Part shown: one piece after another, positions 41,080 through 51,600 of the stretch
How the letters are laid out: each line of letters starts with the position of its first letter
How positions within the stretch are numbered: the first letter of the stretch is position 1
DNA from: an uncultured delta proteobacterium
Lineage (GTDB): Bacteria > Myxococcota > UBA727 > VGSZ01
Length of the DNA stretch: 64,000 bases
Reading direction: 5' to 3'
NCBI GenBank assembly: GCA_963775425.1
Contig: CAVZJB010000011.1
Location: 832,001 to 896,000 of the forward strand
Notes under the pieces: model-generated
The model's input: only the letters and a program-made list of their open reading frames with translations
The model's database searches: none
What the model was told of the DNA's origin: nothing
Translations under genes and position numbers: made by a program

Positions 41080-41928
41080 CTACGTGGGCGTGGAGCCGCG
41101 CGCGCGTTGGCGCATGGTCAACAGCGCGCGGCCGACGGCGCCGAGGACGAGCGCGATGCCGAAGGTGACGACGACGGCGGCGCCCGTCGGCAGGTCGAGC
41201 GTGAAGGAGCCCCACAGGCCCGCCGCCGACACCAGCGCGCCGAGGCTCCACGCCATCACCAGGCGCACCCCGAGGCGCTTGGTGAACAGGGCGGAGAACA
41301 CCGCGGGCACGATGAGGAACGAGAACACGAGGAGCACGCCCGCCATCTGCACGCTGCTCGTGATGATGACGCCGAACGTCGAGTAGAAGAGCAGGTCCCA
41401 GAGCATGGGCTTCCAACCGTCGTGCTCCGGCGCGTCGTGGTCGAACGACAGCGCGAGGAAGCGCTTGCGGAACGCGAAGTGCAGCACGGCGAGCGCCCCG
41501 AAGATGAGGGCGGTGACCCCCACCTCGGGCAGCGTGACCGTCAGGAGGCTGCCGATGAGGATCTCCTTGATCTCCTCGTCGCCGTGCGGGAGGAACTTGG
41601 CGACGAGGATGGCCGACGCCGCGGCCACCGCGTAGGTGATGCCGATGAAGGCCTCCTGCGGCACTCGTTTGCGAACGCCGCGGGTGAGCGCGAACAGCGC
41701 GGCGCCACCGAAGGTGAAGCCGAGCGACCAGACGTAGGACATCTTGGTGTGGGGCTCGACGCCGTTGTACGAGGCCACCGCCGTGCCGAGCGCGGCGATC
41801 TGCGCCAGGGCGATGTCGACGAAGATGACCTCGCGCGCGAGCACGTGGAGCCCGAGGTACGCGAGGAAGCCCGTCAACAGGAGACAGGCGAGGAAGCCGG
41901 GGAAGAGGATCTGGAGCTCGAGACTCAT
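41080..41928 (-). CDS. metal (Zn/Mn) ABC transporter permease, ZnuB-like
   Basis: YLGLHVLAREVIFVDIALAQIAALG and GVLLVFSFLIVPA motifs; ATG overlaps the upstream stop. Confidence 0.9.
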   Translation of the reverse strand: MSLELQILFPGFLACLLLTGFLAYLGLHVLAREVIFVDIALAQIAALGTAVASYNGVEPHTKMSYVWSLGFTFGGAALFALTRGVRKRVPQEAFIGITYAVAAASAILVAKFLPHGDEEIKEILIGSLLTVTLPEVGVTALIFGALAVLHFAFRKRFLALSFDHDAPEHDGWKPMLWDLLFYSTFGVIITSSVQMAGVLLVFSFLIVPAVFSALFTKRLGVRLVMAWSLGALVSAAGLWGSFTLDLPTGAAVVVTFGIALVLGAVGRALLTMRQRARGSTPT

Positions 41929-42830
41929 GACGCGACCTTCGCGAGATCGCCTACGATGGCGTCGAACAGATCGAAGTAGGTGTGAATCTTCTCGTTGCCG
42001 CCGACCATGCTCGGCACGTAGACCACCTTCGCGTCGGAGTGGGCGGCGATCTGGTCGGGCGAGCGGCGGTCGTAGAAGTTCTCCATGAGGATGGCCTTCA
42101 CCTTGCGCGCGCGCACGGTCTTGATGACCTCGACGGTGTGTTGCGCGGTGGGCTGCACGCCGGGCTTGGGCTCGACGAAGTCGACGACCTCGAGCTTGTA
42201 GCGCTCGGCGAAGTAGGACCACGACTTGTGGTACGTCACAATCGGCTGGCCCTGCAGCGGCGCCAACGCCTTCGCCCACGCCGCCTCTTTCTCCGTCAGC
42301 TTCTGCTCGAACGCCTTGAGGTTCGCCTCGTAGGTGGCTTTGCCGTCGGGATCGAGCTCGCTGAGGCGGGCGGCGATGCCGCGGGCCATCATGCGGCCGT
42401 TCTCGGGGTCGAGCCAGTAGTGCGGGTTTCCCTTGGGGTGCACGTCGCCTTGTGCGCGGTCCGCGATCGACACGACCTCGAGCGGGCGAATGAACTGCGA
42501 CAGGTCGAGATAGCCGGGGCTGCCGATCTGCACCTTGGGGTTGCGCGCGCCCGTCAACAGCGGCGGCAGCCAGCCGATCTCGAGGTCGAGCCCGACGGCC
42601 TCGACGAGGTCGGCGCGGTTCATCGCGAGCATGAACGACGGCTTGGCGTCGAGGAAGTGCGGGTCCTGATAGCCCTTGCACAGCGCGGTGACGTCGACGC
42701 GGTCACCGCCGATGGCGCGGGTGATGGCGCCCGGGTCCTGCGTGGTGGTGACGACCCGGAGCTTGGCAAATGCCGGCGACGCCCCGAGGACGATCGCCAG
42801 CGCGACGAGTGATTGGACGATGCGATTCAT
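41925..42830 (-). CDS. metal ABC transporter substrate-binding protein, ZnuA-like
   Basis: Signal peptide; QDPHF, GDVHPKGNPHYWLDP, YHKSWSY and EPKPG motifs. Confidence 0.92.
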   Translation of the reverse strand: MNRIVQSLVALAIVLGASPAFAKLRVVTTTQDPGAITRAIGGDRVDVTALCKGYQDPHFLDAKPSFMLAMNRADLVEAVGLDLEIGWLPPLLTGARNPKVQIGSPGYLDLSQFIRPLEVVSIADRAQGDVHPKGNPHYWLDPENGRMMARGIAARLSELDPDGKATYEANLKAFEQKLTEKEAAWAKALAPLQGQPIVTYHKSWSYFAERYKLEVVDFVEPKPGVQPTAQHTVEVIKTVRARKVKAILMENFYDRRSPDQIAAHSDAKVVYVPSMVGGNEKIHTYFDLFDAIVGDLAKVAS

Positions 42831-42852
42831 TGGACGACTCCGTGATTGAGGG

Positions 42853-42869
42853 GCGGGGCTCGGCCCCGC
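42853..42869. other. GC-rich intergenic hairpin
   Basis: gcggggc-tcg-gccccgc between the porin-like gene and znuA; no U-tract, so it may be an mRNA stability element. Confidence 0.35.
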
Positions 42870-42903
42870 GAAGGTGGATGGAGCGGGGCGGCCCGCGTCG
42901 GAA

Positions 42904-44319
42904 TCAGAATGCGTGAGCGCCGTGGGCGCCGATGGAGACCTCGAGGTTGATCATGGCGCCCCACAACAGGTCGCCCTGGCCGCGCGTCCCCGCGTTGGCT
43001 TCGACCTGGATGCGGGAGAAGTGCGTCGGCGAGAACTCGCCGACGACGGATCCGCGCTGCGAATTGGGGCCGAGGCCGCCGTTGGCGGTGGCGACGTCGC
43101 CCTCGAGCCCGTCGAAATAGTCGTAGCGAACGCCCGCGCCCCACTCGGGGTTCGGGTGCCACACGAGCTGTGCGTAGCCGCCGCCGTCGACGACGGCGCC
43201 GGTGACATAGTCGGCGTCGCTCGGGTGCCGGGTGCGCACCATCCCCTCGCCGAGAAATTCCAGGAACCAACGCGACTGCGCCGCCGCGGGCTTGTACCGG
43301 ATGAGGAGATCGGTGCCCCAGATCTCGCCGCGCGCGCCGGCGTCGATGTACGGCGTGGGCCCGAGCATGGCGTCGAGGCCCCACAGGACGCTGACGTCGT
43401 CGGAGACGGGGAAGAACTGCTCGATGACGCCGGTGTAGACGAGGTCGAGCGCGTTCTTCACCGGCACCGGGGTGTCGGCTTCGGGCGAGAAGGTGCGCGA
43501 GCAACACGCGCCGCTCGTCCCCTGGACCTCGGCGATGAGGGTGACGGGCCAGGGCAGCGGCGTCAGCCAGCTCACCTCGCCGCCGAGCCCGCGGAAGTTG
43601 TCCTCGCCCATCACGGCGCCGTAGACGAGCGGCTGCGACACGAACCACCACGCGTGCGGGTGCTGTTCGTTGAGCCGCCCGAACTTCGAGAGGAACTCTC
43701 CGGCGCGCGCCTGCAGGCTCCAGGGGAGCTGCAGCGTGGTGGCGTACGCCTCTTCGACCTCGATGCTGTCCTTGAGGACGATGTTCGAGTCGAAGCGCAG
43801 GAAGGGATCCACGCTCGCCGCGAACGACAGCTCCACCTGCCGGAGGGTGAAGCCGTTCGACGTCGGATCGTGGCCGCCGGTCATGAGCGGCACGTCGTCG
43901 GGGTACTTGCTGCCCGGCTTGGAGGCTCGCGCGACGCCGAAGGCGGCGCCGGCGACGTCGAGGATGACGGAGATGTCGGGGTTCATGCTGGCGGCGCCGG
44001 GGATGGCGGCGCCGAGGTTCACCTGCGACAGGTCCGGCACCGCGGGCGCCGCGGGCGCGTTCTTGGCGGCGGCGGTGTCCTCGGCCTGGAGCTCTTCGAG
44101 GAGCTTGTTGTCCTCCTCTTCATCGGCCTTCTTCTTGTCGTCGTCCCCGGCGCTCTTGTCGGCCCCGGCAGCGTCGTTGGTGGGAGGGGGGCCCGTCTCG
44201 GGGGGCGGCTCGGGGGCGGGCGTGGGCGAGGGCGGCGTGGGCGCCGGATCGTCGGCGAGGGCAGGGATGGACAGGAGGGCGGCGCCCCACAACAGGGCGA
44301 CGCTCGTGATTCGGAGCAT
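42904..44319 (-). CDS. zinc-regulated outer-membrane beta-barrel protein
   Basis: Signal peptide; MNPDISVILD, GGHDP..NGF, EVEEAY, FGRLNEQHPHAW; C-terminal IGAHGAHAF; upstream of znuA/znuB. Confidence 0.8.
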   Translation of the reverse strand: MLRITSVALLWGAALLSIPALADDPAPTPPSPTPAPEPPPETGPPPTNDAAGADKSAGDDDKKKADEEEDNKLLEELQAEDTAAAKNAPAAPAVPDLSQVNLGAAIPGAASMNPDISVILDVAGAAFGVARASKPGSKYPDDVPLMTGGHDPTSNGFTLRQVELSFAASVDPFLRFDSNIVLKDSIEVEEAYATTLQLPWSLQARAGEFLSKFGRLNEQHPHAWWFVSQPLVYGAVMGEDNFRGLGGEVSWLTPLPWPVTLIAEVQGTSGACCSRTFSPEADTPVPVKNALDLVYTGVIEQFFPVSDDVSVLWGLDAMLGPTPYIDAGARGEIWGTDLLIRYKPAAAQSRWFLEFLGEGMVRTRHPSDADYVTGAVVDGGGYAQLVWHPNPEWGAGVRYDYFDGLEGDVATANGGLGPNSQRGSVVGEFSPTHFSRIQVEANAGTRGQGDLLWGAMINLEVSIGAHGAHAF

Positions 44320-44401
44320 GACTTCTCTCTTCTCGACGGAGGGAGCGGGGTCGCCGGCGGCCGCGCGATCGGGCGCGGCGTCGGCGGACGCGAAGATGTT
44401 C

Positions 44402-44803
44402 TCAGGCGTCGAGGAGAGGGGGCCCGTGCTTGGGCGCGACCGCGAGGACCTCGCGCCGCGCGGCGGGGGCGTCGGGGGCTCTGGCGACGACGTCCCCGCC
44501 CGGACCGGCGGCGGGGAGCGCGGCGCCGATCGCCGGCGGGACGGTGACGTGTCGCGCGGCGGGGATGGTGAGCGGGCAGTGCTCGTGGACCTCGCGCCCC
44601 TCGGCGTCCGCGTACAGCGTGTCGGCGGCGCCACGCGCGTGGTCGACGTGCAGCGGGCTCACCTCGATGAGCTCGCCGTGCTCGCAGCGCTCGTGGCGCA
44701 CGGCGGACATGTGCACGAGGGAAACGGAGATGGCGACGCTGAACAGCGCGACGCCGAAGGCGCCCGCCGTGAGACGAGGAGCGCGTGTCGGTACCGTCCG
44801 CAC
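44402..44803 (-). CDS. small His/Cys-rich exported protein (DUF2946-like leader)
   Basis: TM segment, then HMSAVRHERCEHGELI and HEHC, and C-terminal LAVAPKHGPP. Start codon approximate (GTG 44803 or 44809). Confidence 0.65.
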   Translation of the reverse strand: MRTVPTRAPRLTAGAFGVALFSVAISVSLVHMSAVRHERCEHGELIEVSPLHVDHARGAADTLYADAEGREVHEHCPLTIPAARHVTVPPAIGAALPAAGPGGDVVARAPDAPAARREVLAVAPKHGPPLLDA

Positions 44804-45098
44804 GGTCACGACACGCTGTGTGACATCGAGAGTGCGATTGCGCAAGGCCGGCGCGGCGCGGGGCAAACGGACACGCGGCGCGCTCACGTCGGCGCGAGGG
44901 TGACGCGCGCGGGCGGTTCGGGTCACCAGACACGTCGCCGCCGCCATCGCCGTCGCCGCCGTCGTCGTCGTCGGCCTCGTGGCCGCCGTCGACGGGTGGA
45001 CGCGTGGAGGCACGGGTGGCGTGGGGCCGGATCGGCGCGCCGCGTGGGCGGCTCTCGGTGTCGTGGGAGAGCGGTCGCGGTGGGAGGGGCCGCGCGGA

Positions 45099-46437
45099 TC
45101 AGGGGTGGGCATCGCGGAGCCAACGCGCGCGGACGGCCTCGAGCAGGCGCTCGTAGCAGGCGCCGCTCTCGATGCGCTCGCGCGCGTCGCGCGGCAGCCA
45201 GGCGAGGCGATCCGCCCAGCTCTCGAGGGGAGGCAGGATCAGCGCGAGGAAGCCCGGTCTCTGCTCGATGACGCCGATCTTGTCGAGGACGATGTCGGGA
45301 TCCGCGCGCACGGTGACGACGACGTCCGCCGCGCTCCCCGAGCGCTCGAGCGCCACGCGCATCTTCCCCACGGGCGTGGCGGGCGCCGCCTGCGGCGCCG
45401 TGGACGCCACCCGGGGGCGTGAGGCGATCGAGCGGCGACGTGGCGCGCTCGCCTCTGAGGACGGCGAGCTTGGTGTACAGCGTGGTGGTCTCGAGGTGCA
45501 GGTGCCCGAGGAGACGCTGGATGAAGCGAACGTCGGTGCCGGCCTCGAGGCGGCGCGTGGCGAAGGAGTGTCGAAGCGTGTGGCACGTGGCCCGCGCGTC
45601 TCCTTCGGCGAGGCGCACGGCCCGGGCCATCGCGCGCTGGGCCGTCCGTGGCCCGATGTAGCGCCGCGGGTCCTCCGGCGACGGGAAGAGGGGGGCATCG
45701 AGCGACGATGCCGTGCGTTTGCAGTGCTCCAGGAGCGCCGCGAAGCTCTGCGGCAACATGACGAGGCGGTCCTTGCGCCCCTTGCCCTGCTCGACGCGGA
45801 TGGTCCGGCGGACGAAGTCGAGGTCGTGGACGCGCAAGCGCACGACCTCGGACACGCGCATTCCGGTCGCGTACATCAACCCCAGGAGCAGCTTGTCCCG
45901 GAGGGACGGCGCGGCCGCGAGGAGGCGCTGCACGCACTCGGCGGAGAGCACCACGGGCAGCTTGTGCGCTCGCCGCGGCGTGACGAGCCCGAGGGTGATC
46001 TCGCGAAAGCACATCTTGTCGAACACGGTTCGCAGGCAACTGAGGTTGACCGAGACCCACGACGACGAGGCGCCGCCGTCCACGAGGAGCTCGAGCCATT
46101 CGCGTACGTGCTCGCGGCACGCCTCTTTGGGTGGCCTCCCGAGCCAGCGCAAAAACGCCCCGACGACGGTGGCGTACGCCTTGCGGGTCTTCGGTTGATA
46201 GAAGCGAATCTTCAGCTCCCGATCCACGACGCGGACGAAATCCGCGGCGTCGATCTCGGTGCGATCGAGGTCGACGACGGCGTGGGTGGCGGCGGTGACG
46301 TCGACGATTGGTGCGCGGGGCGCGTACCTCCCGCGCGGTTGCGTGAAGACCTCGCCGTCGTTGTACCGGCCGAGCCGGCCGCGCGCTCTCTCTCGAAACC
46401 GCGCGGCGCGGCGCGCATGCTCAGCGGCGGCGTGCAT
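45099..46437 (-). CDS. tyrosine recombinase (SAM-like N-domain + catalytic domain) with C-terminal extension; frameshift at about 45411
   Basis: YATGMRVSE, GKGRKDR, HTLRHSFAT and IQRLLGH...TTTLYT give the R-K-H-R-H-Y set. The C-terminal part continues in the frame ending at 45099. Start codon uncertain. Confidence 0.85.
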
Positions 46438-46878
46438 GGAAGGGCTCCGCGAGGACGTTGACGCCGACGGGGCGGGCAAGGCGGCAGAGCCGGATGAGGA
46501 GCACGAGGCGTGCGAGCCCCGGGAACGACGTGGAATGCGGCCGCATAAAGCCTCCGCCGAGCTCGTTGCACCCACCCTGCCAGCCGCCTCGAGCGCCACG
46601 CGCGGCGCACGCGCCGGCAGCCGCGCGCGGCGGTCCGTCCTCACCGGTTCGGCTGCACCGCGCGTCGTTCCGCGCAGGCGCCCGTCGTTCCGATTCGACC
46701 CCGGTTTTCCCGAGCCAGACTTCGTGACATCATCGACGCCCAGAATCACGTTGCACGTGCCCGCTACGCGGGAAAAGGTCGTCGTGACGACGACGAAGTG
46801 GTCAACTCGCTCGCGTCTTTCGATCGACCGTGTTTAACGACACGCATGTGGCACGGCGCGCGCATCGCGTCGACGGCA

Positions 46879-47499
46879 ATGCCGGCAACGGTGCAGGACA
46901 TCTTCCGAAGCGGATTCTCTGCGTTCCAGGGCGATCGCGAGCTCCCTTCACGAATCACCAGGGCTGCGCACGCAATCATCGCGTGCAGGACAGCGATGCT
47001 CGGTGGTCACGTCGAGCGCTGCCCCGATGGTCACTTCGCAAAGATCCACTACAACTCGTGCCGGCACCGGTCCTGCCCCGGCTGCAGGTTCATCAGGGTG
47101 GAGCAGTGGCTCGAGGTTCAGCGAGCGCGGTTTCTGGACTGCGGTCACCACCACGTCGTGTTCACGATCCCCGAGGAGCTCAACGCGCTGTGGAGGCACA
47201 ACCGTCGCGAGATGACCGACGTCCTCTTCGCGGCCGCGAGCGAGACCCTGCTGGAGCTCCTCGGGGACCCGAAGCACCTCGGCGCGAAGCCGGGCATCAT
47301 CGCCGCGCTGCACACGTGGGGACAGGCGCTGCAGTTGCATCCGCACCTCCACTGCGTGGTGACCGCGGGTGGCCTCGACGCGAACGGGGACTGGCGCGAT
47401 GCGAAGAAACGCATCCTTCTCCCCGGGCGTGTCGCGCGTGACCTGTTTCAGGGGCGCTTTCTCGGCAAGCTCTCCCGGCTGCTCCGCGCAACGGGGTGA
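46879..47499 (+). pseudogene. IS91-family (Y2 HUH) transposase, C-terminally truncated
   Basis: Zn-binding CRT..LGGH..C..HYNSCRHRSCPGC, HVVFTIP and LHTWG..L..HPHLH. Stops at about 206 aa, before the catalytic tyrosine motif. Confidence 0.85.
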
Positions 47500-47641
47500 G
47501 CCCCAAGCGACAACTGGGGCGCGAGATCGTTGAAACGTTGGGACGCTGACGCGTGCGCTCACCGACGCGCCCGAGTCCTGGCGGTCCCGCTCTCGGCGTT
47601 CACGACGCCGATCCCGGTGCGCGCGGCCCACGTAGGCTCCG

Positions 47642-48646
47642 TCAGTGCTCGGCGCGCCGCCAGCCGTCGAGGATACGGGTGTAGTTGGCGCGCTCGTAGG
47701 CGTGGGGGTCGGGCACGCTGTCGAGCGCGAAGATCCCGCGCGCCTCCGCCACGGAGGCGTAGCCCTTCTCGTCGAGCCACGCGGCGGCCCCTGCGGCGAT
47801 GCTCGTGAGGCGCTCGACGCCGCCCTCGAGGAGCGCAGACGCGAGCTGAACGGTGTCGGCGCCGCAGGTGATCGCCTTGAGGGCGTCCGTCGCCGTGTGC
47901 ACGCCGCCGCTGCACGACAACGAGAGCGGCGCGCGCTTGGCGAGGAGCGCCAGCGCATGCAAACGCAACGGCAGCTCCGCCGACGTCGACAGCACCAGCC
48001 GGCGATCAACCTCGAGGTTCTCGAGGTCGACGTCGGGCTGGTAGAAACGGTTGAACACCACGACGCCGTCGGCACCCGCGCGCGCGAGGCGCGCGACGAA
48101 CGCGGGTACGGATGCGTAGAAGGGCGAGAGCTTCACCGAGACGGGGATGCGTACGCTCTTGACCACCGCCTCCACCACGGCGGCCTGGCGATCCTCCACC
48201 TGGGCGCCGCTCTCGTCGAAGCCGGTGGCGACGTCGTAGAGGTTGAGCTCGATGGCGGACGCGCCCGCAGCCTCCACGCGCGCGGCCGCGTCCGTCCAAC
48301 CTCCGGGGGTGACGCCGTTGAGCGAGGCGAGCACGGGAACGTCGACGGCCTTCCTCACCCTCTCGAGGTGCTCGAGGTAGCGCTCGACGCCAAGGGAGAA
48401 CACGTCGGTGTCGGGGAGGAACGAGCGCGCCTCGGCGTCCGTGTCGACGTGCGCGTCGAAGTAGCGGTGCGCCGCCACCTGCTCGAGCACGACCTGCTCT
48501 TCAAAGAGCGAGCGCAGGATCACGGCGCCCGCTCCCGCCGCCACGTAGCGCGGCAGAGCATCGACGTCGTCCGCGATGGGAGACGCTCCGACAATGAAGG
48601 GACTCTTCAAAGAGAGGCCCAACCACGACGTGTTGAGATCAACCAT
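47642..48646 (-). CDS. dihydroorotate dehydrogenase-like protein (nifJ-associated)
   Basis: LGLSLKSPFIVGASP, RSLFEEQ, IELNLY, PVSVKLSP, FNRFYQPD and SGGVH motifs. Confidence 0.9.
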   Translation of the reverse strand: MVDLNTSWLGLSLKSPFIVGASPIADDVDALPRYVAAGAGAVILRSLFEEQVVLEQVAAHRYFDAHVDTDAEARSFLPDTDVFSLGVERYLEHLERVRKAVDVPVLASLNGVTPGGWTDAAARVEAAGASAIELNLYDVATGFDESGAQVEDRQAAVVEAVVKSVRIPVSVKLSPFYASVPAFVARLARAGADGVVVFNRFYQPDVDLENLEVDRRLVLSTSAELPLRLHALALLAKRAPLSLSCSGGVHTATDALKAITCGADTVQLASALLEGGVERLTSIAAGAAAWLDEKGYASVAEARGIFALDSVPDPHAYERANYTRILDGWRRAEH

Positions 48647-51600
48647 GACGCGCTCCCATCACCTGGATCTTGGCAAGCTCGGCGTAGACGGCGTGGCGCT
48701 CCTTCACGGCGCGCGCGGCGGCGGCGACGAGGCGCTCGTAGCGCGCCGGGTCCTTGAGCTCCACCATGCGAAACCGCGCCTCCTCCTCCATGTACTTGCG
48801 GATGGGCAGCGTGCCCGGATCCGCGTCGAGCAGCAAAGGGGCGCCGCCGGCGGCCGCGCGACGCGGATCGAAGCGATACAGCGGCCACGCGCCGGACTCG
48901 ATGGCGCGCTTCTGGTGCGCGGGGCTGTCCACGAGGTCGTAGCCGTGGGCGATACAGGGGCTGTGGGCCACGATGAGCGCGGGCCCGGGAAACGACTCGG
49001 CCTCGAGGAAGGCCTGAATGGTCTGCTGGTTCTTCGCCTGCAAACCGACACTGGCGACGTAGATGTGCCCATAGCTCATCGCGAGCAGGCCGAGGTCTTT
49101 CTTGCGCGTCTCTTTGCCGGCGGAGGCGAACTTGGCGACGGCGCCGAGCGGCGTTGCCTTGCTCTGCTGCCCGCCGGTGTTCGAGTAGACCTCGGTGTCG
49201 AGGACAAGCACCTTCACATTCGCGCGCGACGCGAGGACGTGGTCGAGGCCGCCGTAGCCGATGTCGTAGGCCCAGCCGTCGCCGCCGACGAGCCACACGC
49301 AGCGCGGCACGAGGTTGTCGGCGAGGTCGAGGAGCTCCCTTGCGTTCGCTTCGGCGCGCGCGCGGAGCGCTTCCTTGAGCGCCGCCACGTGGCCGCGACG
49401 CGCGGCGATCTGGGCTTCGTCGTCGCTGCTGCACGGCGACAGGAGCGCGTCGGCCAGACCGGGCGGCAGAGTGGACGCGAGCGCGCCGAGGAGCATGCGG
49501 GCGCGTGCCGCCTGGGCGTCTGCGCCGAGGCGGATGCCGAGGCCGAACTCGGCGTTGTCCTCGAAGAGCGAGTTGGCCCACGCGGGGCCGCGCCCGTGCG
49601 CGTCGGTGCCGTAGGGCGTCGTGGGCAGGTTGCCGCCGTAGATGGAGGAGCAGCCGGTGGCGTTGGCGATGATGAGGCGGTCACCGAAGAGCTGCGTGAG
49701 GAGCCGGATGTACGGCGTCTCGCCGCAGCCGGCGCACGCGCCCGAGAATTCGAAGAGGGGCTGCAGGAGCGGCAACGTCCTGACGTCCCGCGGGATGCGG
49801 GTCTTGTCGACGTCGGGGACGCGCAGGAAGAAGTCGAACGCCTCACGCTCGCGCGCCACGTTGTCGGCGAACGGGGCCATGTTGATGGCCTTGCGCTTGG
49901 GCATCGTCCTGTCTTTCGCGGGGCAGACCTCGACGCACAGGCCGCAGCCGGTGCAGTCCTCCGGCGCCACCTGCACGATGAAGTCGAGGCCCGCGAGCTC
50001 CTTGTGAAAGTGCTCGGGCACCGCCTTGAACGACGGCGGCGCGCCCTCCTTGGCCGCGGGCTCGAAGACCTTGGTGCGCACCGCGCTGTGCGGACAAATC
50101 ACCGAGCAGCGGTTGCACTGGATGCAGATGTCGGGCTCCCAGATGGGGATGTTCGGCGCGATGGCGCGCTTCTCGTGCTTGGCCGTGCCCGTCGGCCACG
50201 TGCCGTCGACGGGGAAGGCGCTCACCGGCAACAGGTCGCCCTTCCCTTCGAGCATCAGGGCGGTGACCTTCTTGACGAAGTCGGGAGCGTCGTCTCGCAC
50301 GGTGGCGCGCATGCGCTTGCCGGGAATGACCGCGGCGGGGCGCGCGATCTCCTGCAGGTTGGCGAGCGCGTCGTCGATGGCGGCGAAGTTTCGACGCACG
50401 ATCTCGGGCCCGCGCTTGCCCCAGGTATCCACGACGCTCTGCTTGATGGCGGCGAGCGCGTCGTCGACGGGCATCACCTTTGCGAGGGCGAAGAAACACG
50501 CCTGCATGATGGTGTTGATGCGCCGTCCGAGGCCGTGCTTCTCGGCGATGCTCGCCGCGTCGATGGCGTAGAGGTGGCAGCCGCGCTCGATGAGCGTGCG
50601 CTGCGCCTCCTCGGGGAGGTCCGCGAACACCTTCTCGCGCGGCGCGCTGCTCTGGATGAGCACGACAGCGCCGGGCGCGGCGCGCTCGAGCACGTCTTGC
50701 CGGAAGAACAGGCCGGGATCGTGCACGCCGACGAAGCGCGCCTTCTCGATGAGATACGTGGAGCGGATGGGCTTGTTGCCGAAGCGCAGGTGCGAGACGG
50801 TCATGGAGCCCGACTTCTTGGAGTCGTAGACGAAGTGGCCCTGGCAGTGTTGACCTGTCTTTTCGCCGATGATCTTGATGGTCGCCTTGTTGGACGACAC
50901 CGTGCCGTCGGAGCCGAGGCCGTAGAAGACGGCGCCGACGGTCTCGTCGTCGGTGACGCTGAAGTCCGCGTCCACGGGCAGCGAGAGCCGGGTGACGTCG
51001 TCGTTGATGCCCACCGTGAAGCGTGCGCGCGGCGACGCAGCGGCGAGCTCGTCGAACACTGCGCGCAGCATGCGCGGCGTGAATTCCTTCGATGACAATC
51101 CGTAGCGACCGCCGATGAGGCGCGGCAGCGTCGCAAGGGCGCCCCGCTGCAGGCCGTCCACGAGAGCGCCCGTGACGTCGAGGAGCAGCGGCTCGCTCAC
51201 GCTGCCCGGCTCCTTGGTGCGGTCGAGCACCGCGACGCCGCGCACGCTGTTTGGCAGCACGCCGAGGAGCCGATCGACGCCGAACGGACGGTACAGGCGC
51301 ACCTGCACGCCTCCCACCTTCTCGCCCTTGGCGACGAGCGCCTCCACCGTCTCCCGGGCGCACTCGGCGCCCGACCCCATGAGCACCACGACGCGCTCGG
51401 CCTGCGGGTGGCCGAAGTATTCGAAGGGCGCGTAGCGACGACCGGTGAGCGCGGCGAAGCGCTCCATCCGCTCGGCGACGACCTCCTCGCAGCGGGTGAA
51501 GAAGCCATTTTGCGCCTCGCGCCCCTGGAAGAACGCGTCAGGGTTTTGCGCGGTGCCACGTACGACGGGGTGCTCCGGCGACAGGCCCCGGGCGTGATGC

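Larger units (their letters stand above)
45099..47545. mobile_element. recombinase/IS91 remnant island
   Basis: Two mobility genes lie between the Zn-uptake operon and the nifJ operon; the IS91 part is visibly less GC-rich. Boundaries not defined. Confidence 0.55.

Noticed and set aside
44826-44846. Zur/Fur box upstream of the zinc operon (gagagtgcgattgcgcaa)
   Set aside because: Position fits, but the palindrome is too weak to support without a lineage-specific matrix.
44933-44992. (GCC/GTC)n trinucleotide-rich stretch downstream of the recombinase
   Set aside because: Low-complexity sequence common in this genome; no defined unit or supported ORF.
46848-46865. Sigma54 promoter before the IS91 fragment (TGGCACGGCGCGCGCA)
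   Set aside because: Good -24 element, but the -12 element lacks TT and chance matches are likely at this GC content.
45099-47545. Canonical integron (intI, attI, attC cassettes)
   Set aside because: The recombinase lacks the IntI-specific insertion between the patch III FPS and the HxLRH box. No convincing RYYYAAC...GTTRRRY attC pair was found by eye, although GTT-containing heptamers occur near 46832 and 47529-47543.
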